From Callorhinchus milii (Eukaryota), in assembly GCF_018977255.1 (NCBI RefSeq), contig NW_024704757.1, forward strand, positions 10,664,001 to 10,728,000: a stretch of 64,000 nt of DNA, written 5' to 3'. This document shows positions 37,811 to 50,700 of the stretch, piece after piece. How positions within the stretch are numbered: position 1 is the first letter of the stretch; every line of letters starts with the position of its first letter. Below the pieces are notes generated by a model, which was given only the letters and a program-made list of their open reading frames with translations, was not told the origin of the DNA and searched no databases. Position numbers and translations under genes: made by a program.

Positions 37811-38642
37811 CAAACGCGAGTCAAAGGTCGATGATGTTTGACCTTGGGGTCAAGAAGACTTCTGCGGGGCTCACGCTTAAAAGAGAGCGAGAACTGTAAG
37901 AATCGCCTTATTAAAGACAAAAAAGGTAATGAAGGAATTGGTCTGAGGCGGCAAAGGCATCAGTCACTCTTACCTGAAGACCGTGGCCGGGCCGTCAAGG
38001 CTGAGAGAGCAATGGTGGCCAAAGATGGCGTGGATTGCTGGGGACTGTTTTGTCTCTGTGGTGAGTGCATTGTTGCTGGGGCTGTGCTTCAGCTGCTAAG
38101 AATGCTGCCTGGGTCCGAAGGTCAGTGCTTGGTTGCGAGGGAGAAGACCGTCGCTGCTAAACACAGTGCTCAGTTGCCGAGGGCGGTGCAGGTGGGGAGG
38201 ATGGTTGACTGGTTGTTAAGGGCCAGTGTCTATCTGAGTAAGGTTGGTGCCTGGCATCAGTGATTGGGCTGGAGATGGCCCGCCGCTCCTCCTCTTACAA
38301 CAATCTGCATTGAAACTAAGTGCAGTCGTCCGTACAATTTGGTAAAGTAAATCCGGGTGTCGCCAACTGGGCTTTATTCGTGTGTGAATGAGTTTTCCAT
38401 GAAATTCCATTTTTAAAATTTGAAATTCATACCGTACCTCCTTCATTTAATAATTTCAACTCAAATTCCAATTAGATTTATCCTATGTGCAGCGTTGTAC
38501 ATTTTAGTTCTACGTACACTGTAATCAGATCGCCGAGATGCTATCCCACACAATTCACGCAGCTTTCCAGATCCAGCACAATTTATCCTGCATTCTTTCC
38601 AAATATAAAAAACTAGAAAGAATACTAAAAACTACTAAAAAC

Positions 38643-38769
38643 CGAGAGTCGAGCAAGACGCCAAGGATCCAGACTGGCTTAGTGAGATGGAATGTGCAAC
38701 ATGGATGGTGATGCGACTGAGGTGTGGAGGTGCTGATGGAAGCCAATCAGGAGAGCCTCGGTCTTGTTT
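38643..38769 (-). mobile_element. Short inverted L2 LINE RT fragment
   Basis: Its reverse complement aligns by eye with 39391-39525 (FHLTKPVWILGVLLD versus FHLAKPVWNLGVLFD). Confidence 0.75.
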
Positions 38770-38779
38770 GGGAGCCTCT

Positions 38780-40199
38780 ACTCCCAAACTACTGCCCCAT
38801 CTCCAACCTCCCTTTCCTCTCCATGGTCCTGGAACAAGTTGTTCTCAGCTTCACTCCTTCCTCTCCCACTACTCCTTTCTTGAACCCCCCCAATCGGGTT
38901 TCCGTGCCGCCACACCACAGAAACAGCCCTGGTCAAAGTGACAAATGATATTCTGTCCATCTGCGACCGGGGCTCTCTATGCCTCCTCGTCCTCCTTGAC
39001 TTCTCTGCCCCTCGACACCATCGACCACTCTATCCTCATCCACCGCCTCTCCTTTCACCTCAACCTTCATGGTTCTGCCCTTGACTGGTTCAGATCTTAC
39101 CTTTCACACCGCCTCCACATCATCTCCACAAACGGTTTCTGCTCTAGCCCCCACACTGTCTTGTGCGGCGTTCCTCAGGCCTCTGTCCTTGGTTCCCTCC
39201 TCTTCAATATCTACATGCTCCCTCTTGGTGACATCATCCGCAGACATGGGGTCAACTTCCAAATGTATGCGGATGACACCCAACTGCACATCTCTGCCTC
39301 CGCCCTTGACTCCAGGACCCCTCCTGTCCTGACAGAATGTCTGTCAGACATCAAGTCCTGGATGAGTGCTGACTTTCTTCAGTTGAATGTCAACAAGACC
39401 GAGGCACTCCTGATTGGCTCCCGTCAGTGCCTTCTCACCTCAGGGGCTGACAGCATCACCATACACGGTTGCTCATTCCACCTTGCTAAGCCAGTCTGGA
39501 ACCTTGGCGTCTTGTTTGACCCTCAACTATCCTTTCTACCCCACACCTGCGCCATGACCCCCTCTGCCTTCCCTCACCTCCGCCTGGTCCGCCACTGTCT
39601 CACACCGCAGGCCGCCGAAACCTTCATACGTGCTTTCATTACATCGAGGCTTGACTGTGCAAACTCCTTGCTTTACGGCCTCCCCAACTCCTCCCTCCAC
39701 AGGCTGCAGTTAATCCAGATCTCTGCAACCCATGTCCTCTCCTGCACTAGGCTCCGCGACCCATCAATCCCATCCTCGCCCGATGACACAATTCAAAATC
39801 CTGGTCCTCACCTTCAAAGCCCTCCATGGTCTTGCTCCCCCCTACCTCTGCGACCTCCCAACGCCCTATCATCCTGCTCACTCCCCCCGCTCAGCGGGCT
39901 CCGGCCTGTTTCACATCCCGCCTCACTCGCCCCACTATTGGTAGCCAGGTCTTCTGCCACTCTGCCCCCACCCGCTGGAACTCCATCCTGCAGTCTTCCA
40001 CCTCACCCTCTCCCTTGCCTCCTTCAAGACCCATCTCAAGACCCTCCTCTTCAACCGTGCTTTCGATCTTCCTGCTTCCCCCACTGCCCATCATCTTCCC
40101 TGACCCCGAGCTTGGGTCCGAAACTCTGTCTGCCCAACACCTTGGGACGTCCTCCCGACGTGAAAGGCTTTACAAATGTAATTTTGTTGTTGTTGTTGT
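38780..40199 (+). mobile_element. 5'-truncated, frameshifted L2-clade LINE (RT domain, 3' UTR and (TTG)n tail)
   Basis: RT motifs NYCPISNLPFL, QSGFR, LDTIDHSILIHRL, GVPQASVLG, YADD and FKILVLTFKALHGLAPPYL are spread over three frames. The 3' end is cttgggacgtcctcccgacgtgaaaggc...ttgttgttgttg. Confidence 0.9.
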
Positions 40200-41169
40200 C
40201 AGACATTGATTTGCACAAAAGCTATTTACTTGAATCCATTTCCATGGAGTAACAGCCTTGAAAATAAAAATCTGTTCTGGATAGATAACAAAGTCTATCC
40301 ATTCAATGTTTAACAACCATCTGTTATTTTGCCAACTTAATTCATTACATTTCAATTTGTTTTCATTTTCTGAAACTTTTAAAATATTCCTTTGTTTTAA
40401 CAGCTTATATAAATATATGTTGTTGTGGTTGCTCTACCTACATTTTACATTTTCTAAAGTGTTTTCCCCTTTTCACATGATCCATTATAGTATTTGTAGA
40501 TGTTATTTTCCAGTCAGCTAGATTGAATCAGGATGTAGCCACATTCACATTTCCCATTCATTGATTATTTTTCATTCATTTTTTTGTTAAACTCGACCTC
40601 ACCCATACTGTCCCCATATCCCTATTCTCCGCCTCAAAGAAGATGTGCCTGATACTAGAGATCATTCCAGAAATTCTAGGCCACCGTCGTGTGATAGTAC
40701 TTGTACATTGGATATCTTTGCAATCCAGAACACAATTTCTGCGTTGCATTATTGATTTATTCACATTGCTCCCTCAAGCACACCATACAATATAATAATA
40801 ATCCCTGCATTTGATTTAGCACCTATTCACGTCATTGAGACCTCTCAAAATATTGGTGAAACAAAGTGGCGTTCCATTACAATGCATGTAGAGTAGCACA
40901 TATACATTGGCAAAGTGAAGATAACTAGGAAACCGAGCTTATCTGCACTTTCATATCAAATATAGTTTTGCTGCTTCACAGCTAGGTGTTCAGTTTCTTG
41001 TAACATATTATTTTTAATAATTTAGGTAAACATTTCCCTTTTTTTCTTTCTTTGTTTTCTTTTTTTCCCAATAGTTGTCTGTTCCACTCCTGAAAATGCC
41101 ATCAGTCTATTCTTGCCAGAGACAGGATTGCTCAAAGTGGTCCACGCTGTTTCCAGGGAAGTCACCTGT

Positions 41170-44100
41170 TCATGTATCATTCAAGCGTAACAATGTTCCT
41201 GTAGTTGTTGGAATGCTGGTTAGAAGGAAAATGGAAACGTCTCGGCATTACTTTAATTATGAATCATAGAACATTCATAACACAAGAGTTGATTTGACTT
41301 ATGTCTGTGCTGATGCTGGCTCCTCTATTGCAATTCTCTCTTCTAATCCCATTCCCCTGCTCTTACCCTATTTCTTTGAATATTAATTCCCTTCATCTTT
41401 TTATCCAATTCCCTTTTAAGTGCTTCTACGGATTTGGTTTCCAATAGTTCTACTCTAATGGTTCATTTCTCTCCATAACTTGAACTAAAGAGAACACTTT
41501 GATTTTCAACAGATAAGTATTTTATAGTCCATTATTAAAACACACATTGCAAATACTTAGCAAAAAACTACAATGCCATATTTTAAGTGAGTTAAACCTA
41601 TATTTCTCCCTCATTTCCTCTCTCTCTTTGCTATGTCTCTGTTTTATGTCACTCCTCAGTCTGTTCTTAGCTCTACTATTCTACAATGTAGATGCTAGGG
41701 GGTGCACAAGAGCAAGCATATGCAACTTATCCATATACATTTCCTCCTTTCCTGTGGGACACTTGTACCTCTCCGTGTACCATTTCTCCCAACCATTGCA
41801 TTGTGGCAAGGCGTAGAAGCAAACCTGCATTGTAGCACCAGTCACACTTAAGTGTATCTCACTTCAAGGCATATCATATCCTTGTGAATGTCAACCATTT
41901 GTCTGCTACTCTTATTCAGGCTTGGTGGTGTATTGACTGTGTGTCTTGGGTTCGACATTAAAATAATAAAACATTTCACCTACATTTAAAAGAGAAATTC
42001 TACAACTATAGATTATTCAGAACAAGAAGAACTTGCATTTTTAAGCTCTTCTGAACCTTCTCCAATTCAAACTGTTCATAATATTCCAAATATGGGCTCT
42101 CATAATTCTCATAAAAATAAGGTATTTTGTCTCTTCAGATGCTCTAAAGATGTAGCTTAATATTTGATCTTTGTTTTGTACCAACTGTATGTTGACTGGA
42201 AATCATATCCAAATTCTTCTCCGTCTCTGCCTCATTGCGCACACATCTTTGTTCAATTCTGCTTCAAGGCTCATTATTTTATACTGGGAAACACCTTACC
42301 ATTTTACCAACTCTGCTCCAATGATGTCATGAACTTGATACTGGATCCCTAGTTTTACTGTGCAGGTTATTTTCCGAAGCTCTAAATCCGATTGTAAAAC
42401 TTCCTTATACTTGGATTTCCGTATCATATTGAGAACAGCTTTACGGCCTGAAATTAAAAAAATAACAAAAATCTTTATAAGAAACACATCAGTGATTAAA
42501 ATTCTCGAAAAGAGAAAACATTTGAAATAACTCAATCCCAATTTCAAGAAGGAGTAGGTCATCGAGTCAGCCACAACATTTCTTCTGCAAGTCAATATGT
42601 AAATGCAATAACCTGAATCCTTTAGGTTTGCCAGGAACTTATCCAGTTCCATTTTGAAACCCTTTACAGATTCTTGTTCCACATGTCTACAAGGCCATTC
42701 ACGGCCTTGCTCCCTCCTACCTCTCCAACCTACTATCCCCCTACCTACCTGCCCGTACCCTCCGTTCCTCTGGCTCCGGTCTGCTCCACGTCCCCCGCCC
42801 CAACCGCCCTACCATCGGTGGTCGGGCCTTCAGCCTCTCAGCCCCCAGGCTCTGGAACTCCATCCCCCAGTGCCTTCGCCTTGCTTCCTCCCTTTCCTCC
42901 TTCAAGGCCGGTCTCAAAACCTTTCTCTTTGACCGTGCCTTCAGCTCCCCTCTCGACTCTCTTCCTCCTCCTCGCTCCCTCCCTTCCCTCCCCTCACCCT
43001 GACCATTTCCCCCCTGCTCGGGTCATGACCCAACTGTGCAGCGCCTTGGGACGTCCTCCTGACGTGAAAGGCGCTCTATAAATGGAATCTTGTTGTTGTT
43101 GTTGTTGTTGTTGTCTCATTCTTTTTACTAAAAAAAACAATGTTTTGCCACACAGCAATGGGAAACTGTCATTTTTTTTCTTTCCAACCCAGGCCAATTG
43201 TAGCTCCACCCATAGTCCCAATGGTGGGACGAAGGGGAGGGGAGAGTATAGCAGATTGGAGTTTGCCAACAATAACAACTTACATTTATACAGCGCTTGA
43301 ACAGTCTATCTGCAAATTAATCCAGAATATTGATGCAACTCACCCTTCACAAAATATTTCACAAATCGACCAGCACCCGGAATTGAAAGCCACCAGCTTC
43401 CTACGTCCCGTACTGTAAAAACCCCTGCGTTCACCAGCTGTCTGCAGAATAATGTATACAACATCTGAAACATTCAAACCAAAGGGAAACTAGAATGATC
43501 AGCTTCAGCCATGCAGAAATTTATACGAGTGGTTGACTTGCACATGGGCAGAAATATTAAATGATGTTTGATTAAGATTGCAAAGTCAAGGTTTGTGCTT
43601 CAAAAATACATTTTGTGCATCTTAGATTTGTACATAAACTGTTCAAATCAAAATTTTTTAAATGTTTTCCAATTTATATTATAAAAGGGTTTTTATTGAA
43701 CACGAGTGGAATGAAAAAGAAAAACAAAGAGGGTGGGAGAGAGATACACAATATGCACATTCAGACAAATAGTATTTAATCTATGGGGTGAAGGAACAGG
43801 ATTATAACAGAAAGACATAAAGAAAAATTAAGTACTTTTTGTATTACAAGGGTTTGTAATATTATCCAAATGACATTTAGCAAGAGGAAAGCAACAGATC
43901 TCTGACATACAGAAGTAGCTCTACCTGGAACTCACGTTATTTCTTGGTCCTGAAAAGAGAACTCTTTCAGCATTTTCTCTTGGTTGAAACCAATATCTGT
44001 ACAGGACGTTAATACTGTCTCTAAAAACCTCTGCACTGTCGCTGAACTCTCTTTTGTCGCTGTTGCAGCCAAAACTTTGCTTTTGTAATCTTCGCTAAAG

Positions 44101-45227
44101 ACAATGCCAAACACATCGGTGTCAAATCCAAGATTGAACATTCGAATGACTCCCAGATCTTTCAGCTCATTCTGAGTTAAAACAATAAGATTATTTAGGT
44201 TAAAATAAAGTAACACATATCCTATTTGCTACATATCTTAAACAAACAGACCAGGGGTAAGTCTATCCCAAAATGAAACAACTAACTTTTTTTGTGGTTA
44301 CCAATTAAAAATTATGACCGCAAGAGGCTAAGGCTGGCTAACTGAAGACAAATTTATATCCAACTTCCACAACAAGAGTTCAGAGCAACATAACTTACCA
44401 ATTGACGATCAACTGTTGTTTTGTCTTTAACAATGCTGTAAAGTTGGTGTTTGAGGACAATTGGAGGAAGACAATCGTCAAATAATTTACGGGGAAATAA
44501 TCTCACCAGAAACAGTAGCCCAGTTTTGGTATCATTTGGCATATCTAAAAAAAAAGTAAAACTTTTTTTAAGAAGTATTTATTTTCAAAAAGCCACTGTT
44601 AAGATTCCAGAAAATTGTCAAACTGCATGTTATTTAATTTGCATCATGAAAGAAAGTTCTAGCTCCCCTAACAGCCTAGCTGGTAAAGGTAGCTTTTAAA
44701 AAACTTGTCTTTAAACCCACCAATTCATTATTCCCGGGCATCATTGTTGAATGATGGCCTTCGCCGCTTCCTCCCTTTCCTCCTTTAAGGCCGGTCTCAA
44801 GACCTTTCTCTTTGACCGAGCCTTCAGCTCTGCTCTCGACTCTCTACCCCCTCCTCGCTCCCTCCCTTCCCTCCCCTCACCCTGAGCGTTTCCCCCCAAT
44901 GCTCGGGTCCTGACCCAACTGTCCAGCGCCGTGGGACGTCCTTCCCGACGTGAAAGGCGCTCTATAGATGGAATCTTGTTGTTTTGTTGTTGTTGAATGC
45001 TTTTCTCCAGTGATAAAGGCCAAGCCTTCCTCCTCCCACAATCGAAATACTACCACTGAACACATATGGACTGAAAACAAAGTGGCAACTTTCTAAAAGA
45101 TGCCTAAAGTACCTTCAAATTCCAGAGTGACACTCTTATCGGTGAGCACTGTGCCATCCTCCGCTCCCAGTCTGCGCTTCTTAAACTGCTTGAAGATCTG
45201 GGGGATCAATATCCTCTTCCGATTCAT
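41170..45227 (-). CDS. STK19: STK19/WHR1 winged-helix repair factor (so-called serine/threonine kinase 19), 262 aa
   Basis: Exons 45113-45227 (MNRKRILIPQIF...KKRR), 44399-44544 (LFPRKLFDDCLPPIVLKHQLYS...DRQL), 43936-44171 (LGFDTDVFGIVFSEDY), 43344-43441 (LVNAGVFTVRDVGSWWLSIPGAGRF), 42300-42447 (GRKAVLNMIRKSKYKE...HDIIGAELV), 41170-41215 (IPTTTGTLLRL). They sum to 789 nt in frame. Probable non-coding exon donor at 45435. Confidence 0.95.
42680..43113 (+). mobile_element. L2 LINE 3' fragment with (TTG)n tail
   Basis: ggccttgctccctcctacctc...ctctggaactcc...gcgccttgggacgtcctcctgacgtgaaaggcgctctataaatggaatcttgttgttg is homologous to the 3' end of 38780-40199. Confidence 0.85.
44757..44995 (+). 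mobile_element. L2 LINE 3' fragment, similar to 42870-43113
   Basis: Shares cttcctccctttcctcctt...aaggccggtctcaa...gggacgtc...gacgtgaaaggcgctctata...ttgttg with that copy. Confidence 0.85.
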
Positions 45228-45429
45228 GGCTGCAAGTGGAACAAGCACCGACGTGTATGGGGTACTATGTGGCGGTGTCCTTCAGAGCCTAAACATGACG
45301 TTTATATAAGAAAGTTGAGATCTGAGGGCATTTTGATACCATTTATGAAGCGGAAGTGAACTGAAACATAGACTGAATTTGACTTAAATCTTATATCTAC
45401 GTTTACAATTAAGGGACTCGCGGAGAGGG

Positions 45430-45990
45430 ACTCACACTCGAGCTCCGCACTTGCCGACTCCCCCCCTCCCGGGTCTCAGTCCTTCAGAGGCCGCTTCAAC
45501 AGCAGAGGTGAGTGGGCGAACTCCCCACTCCCGGGGAGTCGTGGACAGACGCGGACTGCGACTGCGCAGCCGGCCTGCGCCGACACCACTGCGCCTGCGC
45601 GGCCCGAAAAGCGACGTCACCGCGCGGCCTCACCCGACGACGTCGTCGGCGCCCGCGCCTGCGCAGCCGCAGCCGGCGTCAATGCGCCTGCGCGGCCAGC
45701 CGGTCTGAACCGGCGGCTCTGCGCCTGCGCACTCTTTCCGCGCCTCGTCCCGTGGTTCTTGTGCTGTTTATGTGCTGCGCGAACTCCCCGCGACCTCAAT
45801 GAGTAACACACGCACACGCGCCGTTCCCGATTAAAGCAGGTCCTGGGCCTCGCTTATTCGAAACGCGTCGCTCGTGTGAGGTGTTAGATGTACCGCAGCC
45901 GCTTCAGGAGGGCGCGGGAGGCACCGAGGCCTGGGCCTGCAGGTGAGGGCGGAGCCGCCGGTGGGTGTGAGGCCCAGGCCTCAGGTACTG
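45430..45990. promoter_or_regulatory. Bidirectional CpG-island promoter of STK19 and DXO with a cluster of NRF1-like motifs
   Basis: GCGCCTGCGC at 45591, 45655, 45684 and 45721; GACGTCA at 45613; 16-bp palindrome CCGACGACGTCGTCGG at 45634-45649. Donor-like sites face outward on both strands (45435 on -, 45943 on +). Confidence 0.8.
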
Positions 45991-47737
45991 ACCAGCAAAC
46001 CCCTGTCCCGCGGACTGTGTTGACGGCGGTTGGTGACTGAACACGAGTGGGGCCGTGTACGGAGACATCACTGGGTGGGGGGTGGGTGGGGGGCGGCGGC
46101 AGCAGCAGCTGACACAGCATTGGGCTGTGGTCTTTGGAATGTGTCCCCTGAACTGCACCCACTGCTGTCAGCGCTGGGGCTTAATTTTGTATTCACCACA
46201 AATGGCGGCATCTTCCAGTGAAGCTTATATCACCCAATCAGAGGGGGTGGATCCTCCAGGGCCGAGAAAAATTCTAATTCCTCATCATAATCCTTGCATC
46301 TGATATGGCGCTTATTGTTTCATGCCGAGGGATGTTGCCCCCCAGGAAGCTTGCAAGGAGTTTCTGATACTTGCCATCCGCCTTGTGAGGGCTCAAACCC
46401 ACACTTGTCAGGATGTCAAGTGACTGTGCAACGGGGGGGGGGCAGCAATAGCAGGGGCTTCTTAAGGAGGGCTCCAAGGTAACATGTTTGACAAGGGAGT
46501 GTCAGAATCAAACCAATCCTCTGTGGTGGTCTCAGTAGTGCAATTCCTGAGTCATTTGGGTCTGCAGTACCCCAGGGCAGTGCTGATGTGCATACCCTGG
46601 CGTCCCTAAGACTTGACTCTTGCCAATTTGTGCCTTGTACTCCCCAGAATTAGGTAAACAGGATTCGTCCCTGTGTGGAGAGGGTGCGCATGCCATTCCA
46701 ATAAATATCTCTGGAATTTCCATGTATAGGTGAAATGGATGAACCTCCATTTGGTTTAGATACTTGTAAGCACAGTGATGGGTTTCCCCACGTGTCAAAA
46801 ACCTGGTTGATCAAAAAAAAATGGCACTTATGACATCAAGAATGTCTCAAAAGTGTTTCACAAAGTTTCTGTAAAGTGCATTGGGTGCATTTGAAGGTGA
46901 ACGAGACAAGTAACTTGTGCATAACAATGTCTAACAGACAGCCACAAAATGAATGACCAGTTTTAAATGGAGGATTGTTGGACAGAAGACTGGGAGAATC
47001 TCCCTTGTTACTGAATAGTGCCCTGCCATTATCCGTCCAAACAGCAGGCAGGACCTTGAGTTATCTTCTCATCTGAATGACGGTACCTTCAGAAGCCTCT
47101 TAAAAACATAACACTTTAACCGTGTCTTTTGTCAACATTCTTAAATTTCCCTTTCCTCAATCATGCCTGATGGTGTTTTGTTTTATATATTGACTGCTAG
47201 ACGTGTCGGGCATTAATTTATGTTAATGTGTACACTGCACTGGACATTCGCCCACAAAAGATAGTCAATTCACTTTACAGTATTTTTTGTGAAGCACTTT
47301 GAGACATCTCGAAGACGTGATAACACTATATCGAATGCAAGGATTATTATTATACTGAGGCGTTTGCTGTACTGTAAATGAGGAGACACTGAGGTTTTCA
47401 TTTTGTCTTTGAAGACAGTGGCAGCAAAGCTGTATCTTAAATGGGCTGTACAGAACATTGATCCAAAAATATTAATTTTGTTGTGAGAATGTGGTGTGTA
47501 CTACCCCAGAAGGTTGTAGATCCAGAATCAATTGGACTATTCAAAGGAACATAAATAGATACCTGTGAAATATAGGTATTAAAGATTGACGGAATGTGAG
47601 AGAAATGGGTTCAAATGTGGGATTAAACTGTCAGAACATGCTTGATGAGCCTCTGTTCCTGTGATGCATAATGTCTTAATTATTCAGCATTTCTGTCATT
47701 TTTCCAGGCTCTTTAATCTACACAAACGCATCAAGAT

Positions 47738-50700
47738 ATGGATCAGCATTTCCATACTAGTGGGGAGACGTCCAGAGGATCCATCAAACGCAAACTAGAA
47801 GACACACGAGACGATCGGATTAAATTACTGCGGTTTAATTCTGATAAACAATACTCTTCAAATATGAACAGAAACACAGGTCATAAGCACGGACATGTTT
47901 TTGCCGTGGAAGTGGCTACGTATGACAGCAGCTTCCCAGATTACAGGCAGCCTGTTGAAATCGGATGCTTTTCATTAGATTCATACAGACAGTTCTTCAA
48001 CGATGGAAGACAGCTTAAATGTTACGTGGAACCGTCCAGCAAGAACCCAAACTTTAACCTGCGAGATGGGTATAAAGACAGATACATAAAGCGAAACGAA
48101 CATATTAAGGAGAAACTGGACCATATCCTGAAGTGGGTTTTAGTGAACAAGCAAAGATTCCCCATGTCTGCAGATGGCAAGTCACCTGCTGTTGGGAAGT
48201 AAGTTGTAGGTCCACACCATATGTTGGGACTTTAGTTTGTAGACTAGGCTAACACTCTAGCACAGGAGGAGTGCAACCTTGTAAGAGATGCATTTCTTTA
48301 AATGAAATATTAAAATGAGATTTTTGTCCTGGCCAACAATTCTCCAGATAAATTACTGATTCATTTCATTTTTTTATGGGATCTTGCTGTGCCCAAATCC
48401 CCTACCATGTTTACCCATAAAGGACTACTCTTGACAGTATTTATCTGTGAAAGTGATGGCATTGTAAGGCACTATTATCAAATTCAAAGATTATTTATTA
48501 CTAAATTATCATATTCTGAGTTGTTTCAAGAAAAAAATATTTTTACTGGGTGATCGTACTGAAAGATTTCAAAGAGCTTCAGGTTATTCCTGTCAATTGC
48601 AGAGGCTATTTTTTGTAGCACCCATTTGCACAAGCAAGTTCCTACAAATGACCATGAGGTGAATGACTTAGTCTCTGGAGGACTGTTAGCCAAGACACAG
48701 TGAGAAACTCCCTTTTTCTCAGCCAAGGTATTGGTTTCAGCATCCCTGAATAACAACTGAGGTTCCTGCTGCACTTTCCAGTAATACCTCTGTAAAGTTC
48801 TCTGAATGTGGATGGTATGTGCAGTCTGGCTCATCTCTGATGCTCCTCACAGGTGAATAGCCTTTTGACATTTACTGTCTGGGTTCGTACAGAATGGCCA
48901 CATGGAGCAAGGTACAGCAGGTGCCTGTGGAATTAGAGGGGGCACACATCAACACTCTGGAAAGAAGGGGAGAGACCTGTAGATGTGGTGGGGTGGGGGG
49001 AACTTTGCATTAGTCACTTGGATTTATTTATCTAATTTTGCAAGGCTTGATTACTGTCTGTCCTTTGGATGGTACGTCAAACCAAGGTCCTGTCTTCCTG
49101 TTCAGGTAGATGTTAAAAGATTGCATGATGCTATTCAAATCGAGAAGAGAGTTTCTCCTGGTGTCCTGGGCAACAATCTCCCCCCCCCCCCCCCCCACCC
49201 ACCACCACCAACCCCCAAATAAAATTGTTTACTCAGTCCATTGTTTGGGACATTGATGTGCGCAATCGGCTCCTGCATTTCGCCCACAAAGTACACAACC
49301 AATCAACTTTACAGTATATCCTGTGAAGAGCTTTGAGATGTCTCAACTTGATAAGGCGCTATATCAAATGCAAGGATTATTGTGGATTGGATGGAATTTT
49401 GTGTATCTTCTTATGAATTTGTTCCATTATCCCTTTCAATTGCAGTCAGTTGCACACAGACTTCATCACGTGGAGGGGACATCTGACGAAAATCCTGACC
49501 ACACCGTACGAGTCCCGAGAGGGCTGGCTGATGGCGGTGACCCTGTTCAATGGCACATATTACATGAGTGAGGTGGAGACTGAAGAAGCCAAGCGGCAGC
49601 GGGAGCACAGGACGGAGATGCAGGAAGAGCTGATGTATGGTGGCTACAAGTTTGAGCAGTACTTGTGTGCAGGTGAGAGTGTGGTCTCCAATATTCTTTT
49701 GTGTTGGGGCAAAATCTGATCTATCAAAAGATTGTAAGGGCCTGTTTGTAAAATATTGTTGGTTTCTGATTTAGAAACATAGGAAATTAGGAATGGGAGA
49801 TGGCCATTTTCCTAAGCTGCCCTGCTGAAATTGAACGACTGCTTGTGGGTCACTACTGTGACATTGGCTACCTTACTTCGCCTGCAAAATGCAGTCAATC
49901 CACTTTACAATATATTCTATGTAGCGCTTTGAGACGTCTCAACAACGTGATAGGGGCTATATCAAATGTAAGAATTATTATTAGTATAACTCATCAGGTT
50001 CAGAAAAGCTCCTATGTTTGAAGAACATGGAGATAGATACTTAGTTTGCAGTTGTTTAGTTTTCAAGCTTTTCCTATTTAATAGTATGTTATAAACCAAC
50101 TAATGAACAGGAAAGGTTTGGATTAAATTTTTAGGAATTCACATTATTCCTTCTTTCAGATAAACCACAGGGAAATCCTAATCCAGCTGGTGTGGTAAAC
50201 ACCAATGAAGCATTTTGCACTGTGGTCCGAACCCGGCTGAGCAGCCATTCCCTCGTGTTTGCTGGTGAGGTGGATTGCAAAGATATCTCCTGTCCCAGTC
50301 AGAAACCCCCACAGTGTTACTTGGAGCTGAAGACCAGCAGAGAGATGTACAACCCCAACCAACAAAGGAACTTTCATAGGTTGGTATTCCTTGCAGTCTT
50401 TGCCTCTGCCGTTTACACCGGGCAGTTTAAGCTTCAGTGCATTCTAAATGCCAAACGGTTCTGAACAAGCTGTGTAGATGTACAGAGGCTGTAGATGTAA
50501 TGCGACTTGCATTGCAGTGACGAGTGGGTTTTAAAGCAGGAAGCTCATATTTAAACAAGTTTGCTGCTTTTCAGAGGAAAATTGTACAAGCACGGAATGA
50601 ACTGGGGAGCGAAACACTGAGTGGAAGGTTATTGTCAACAAAGCCTTTCCTGCTTGGGCCAAACATTTTTTTTCCATCAAGAAATGTGAACTTAATAGCA

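Noticed and set aside
38945-40252. 435-aa ORF with a YADD motif as a possible domesticated or active reverse transcriptase
   Set aside because: It is a 5'-truncated L2 with RT motifs split across frames and no endonuclease domain, so it is a decayed copy.
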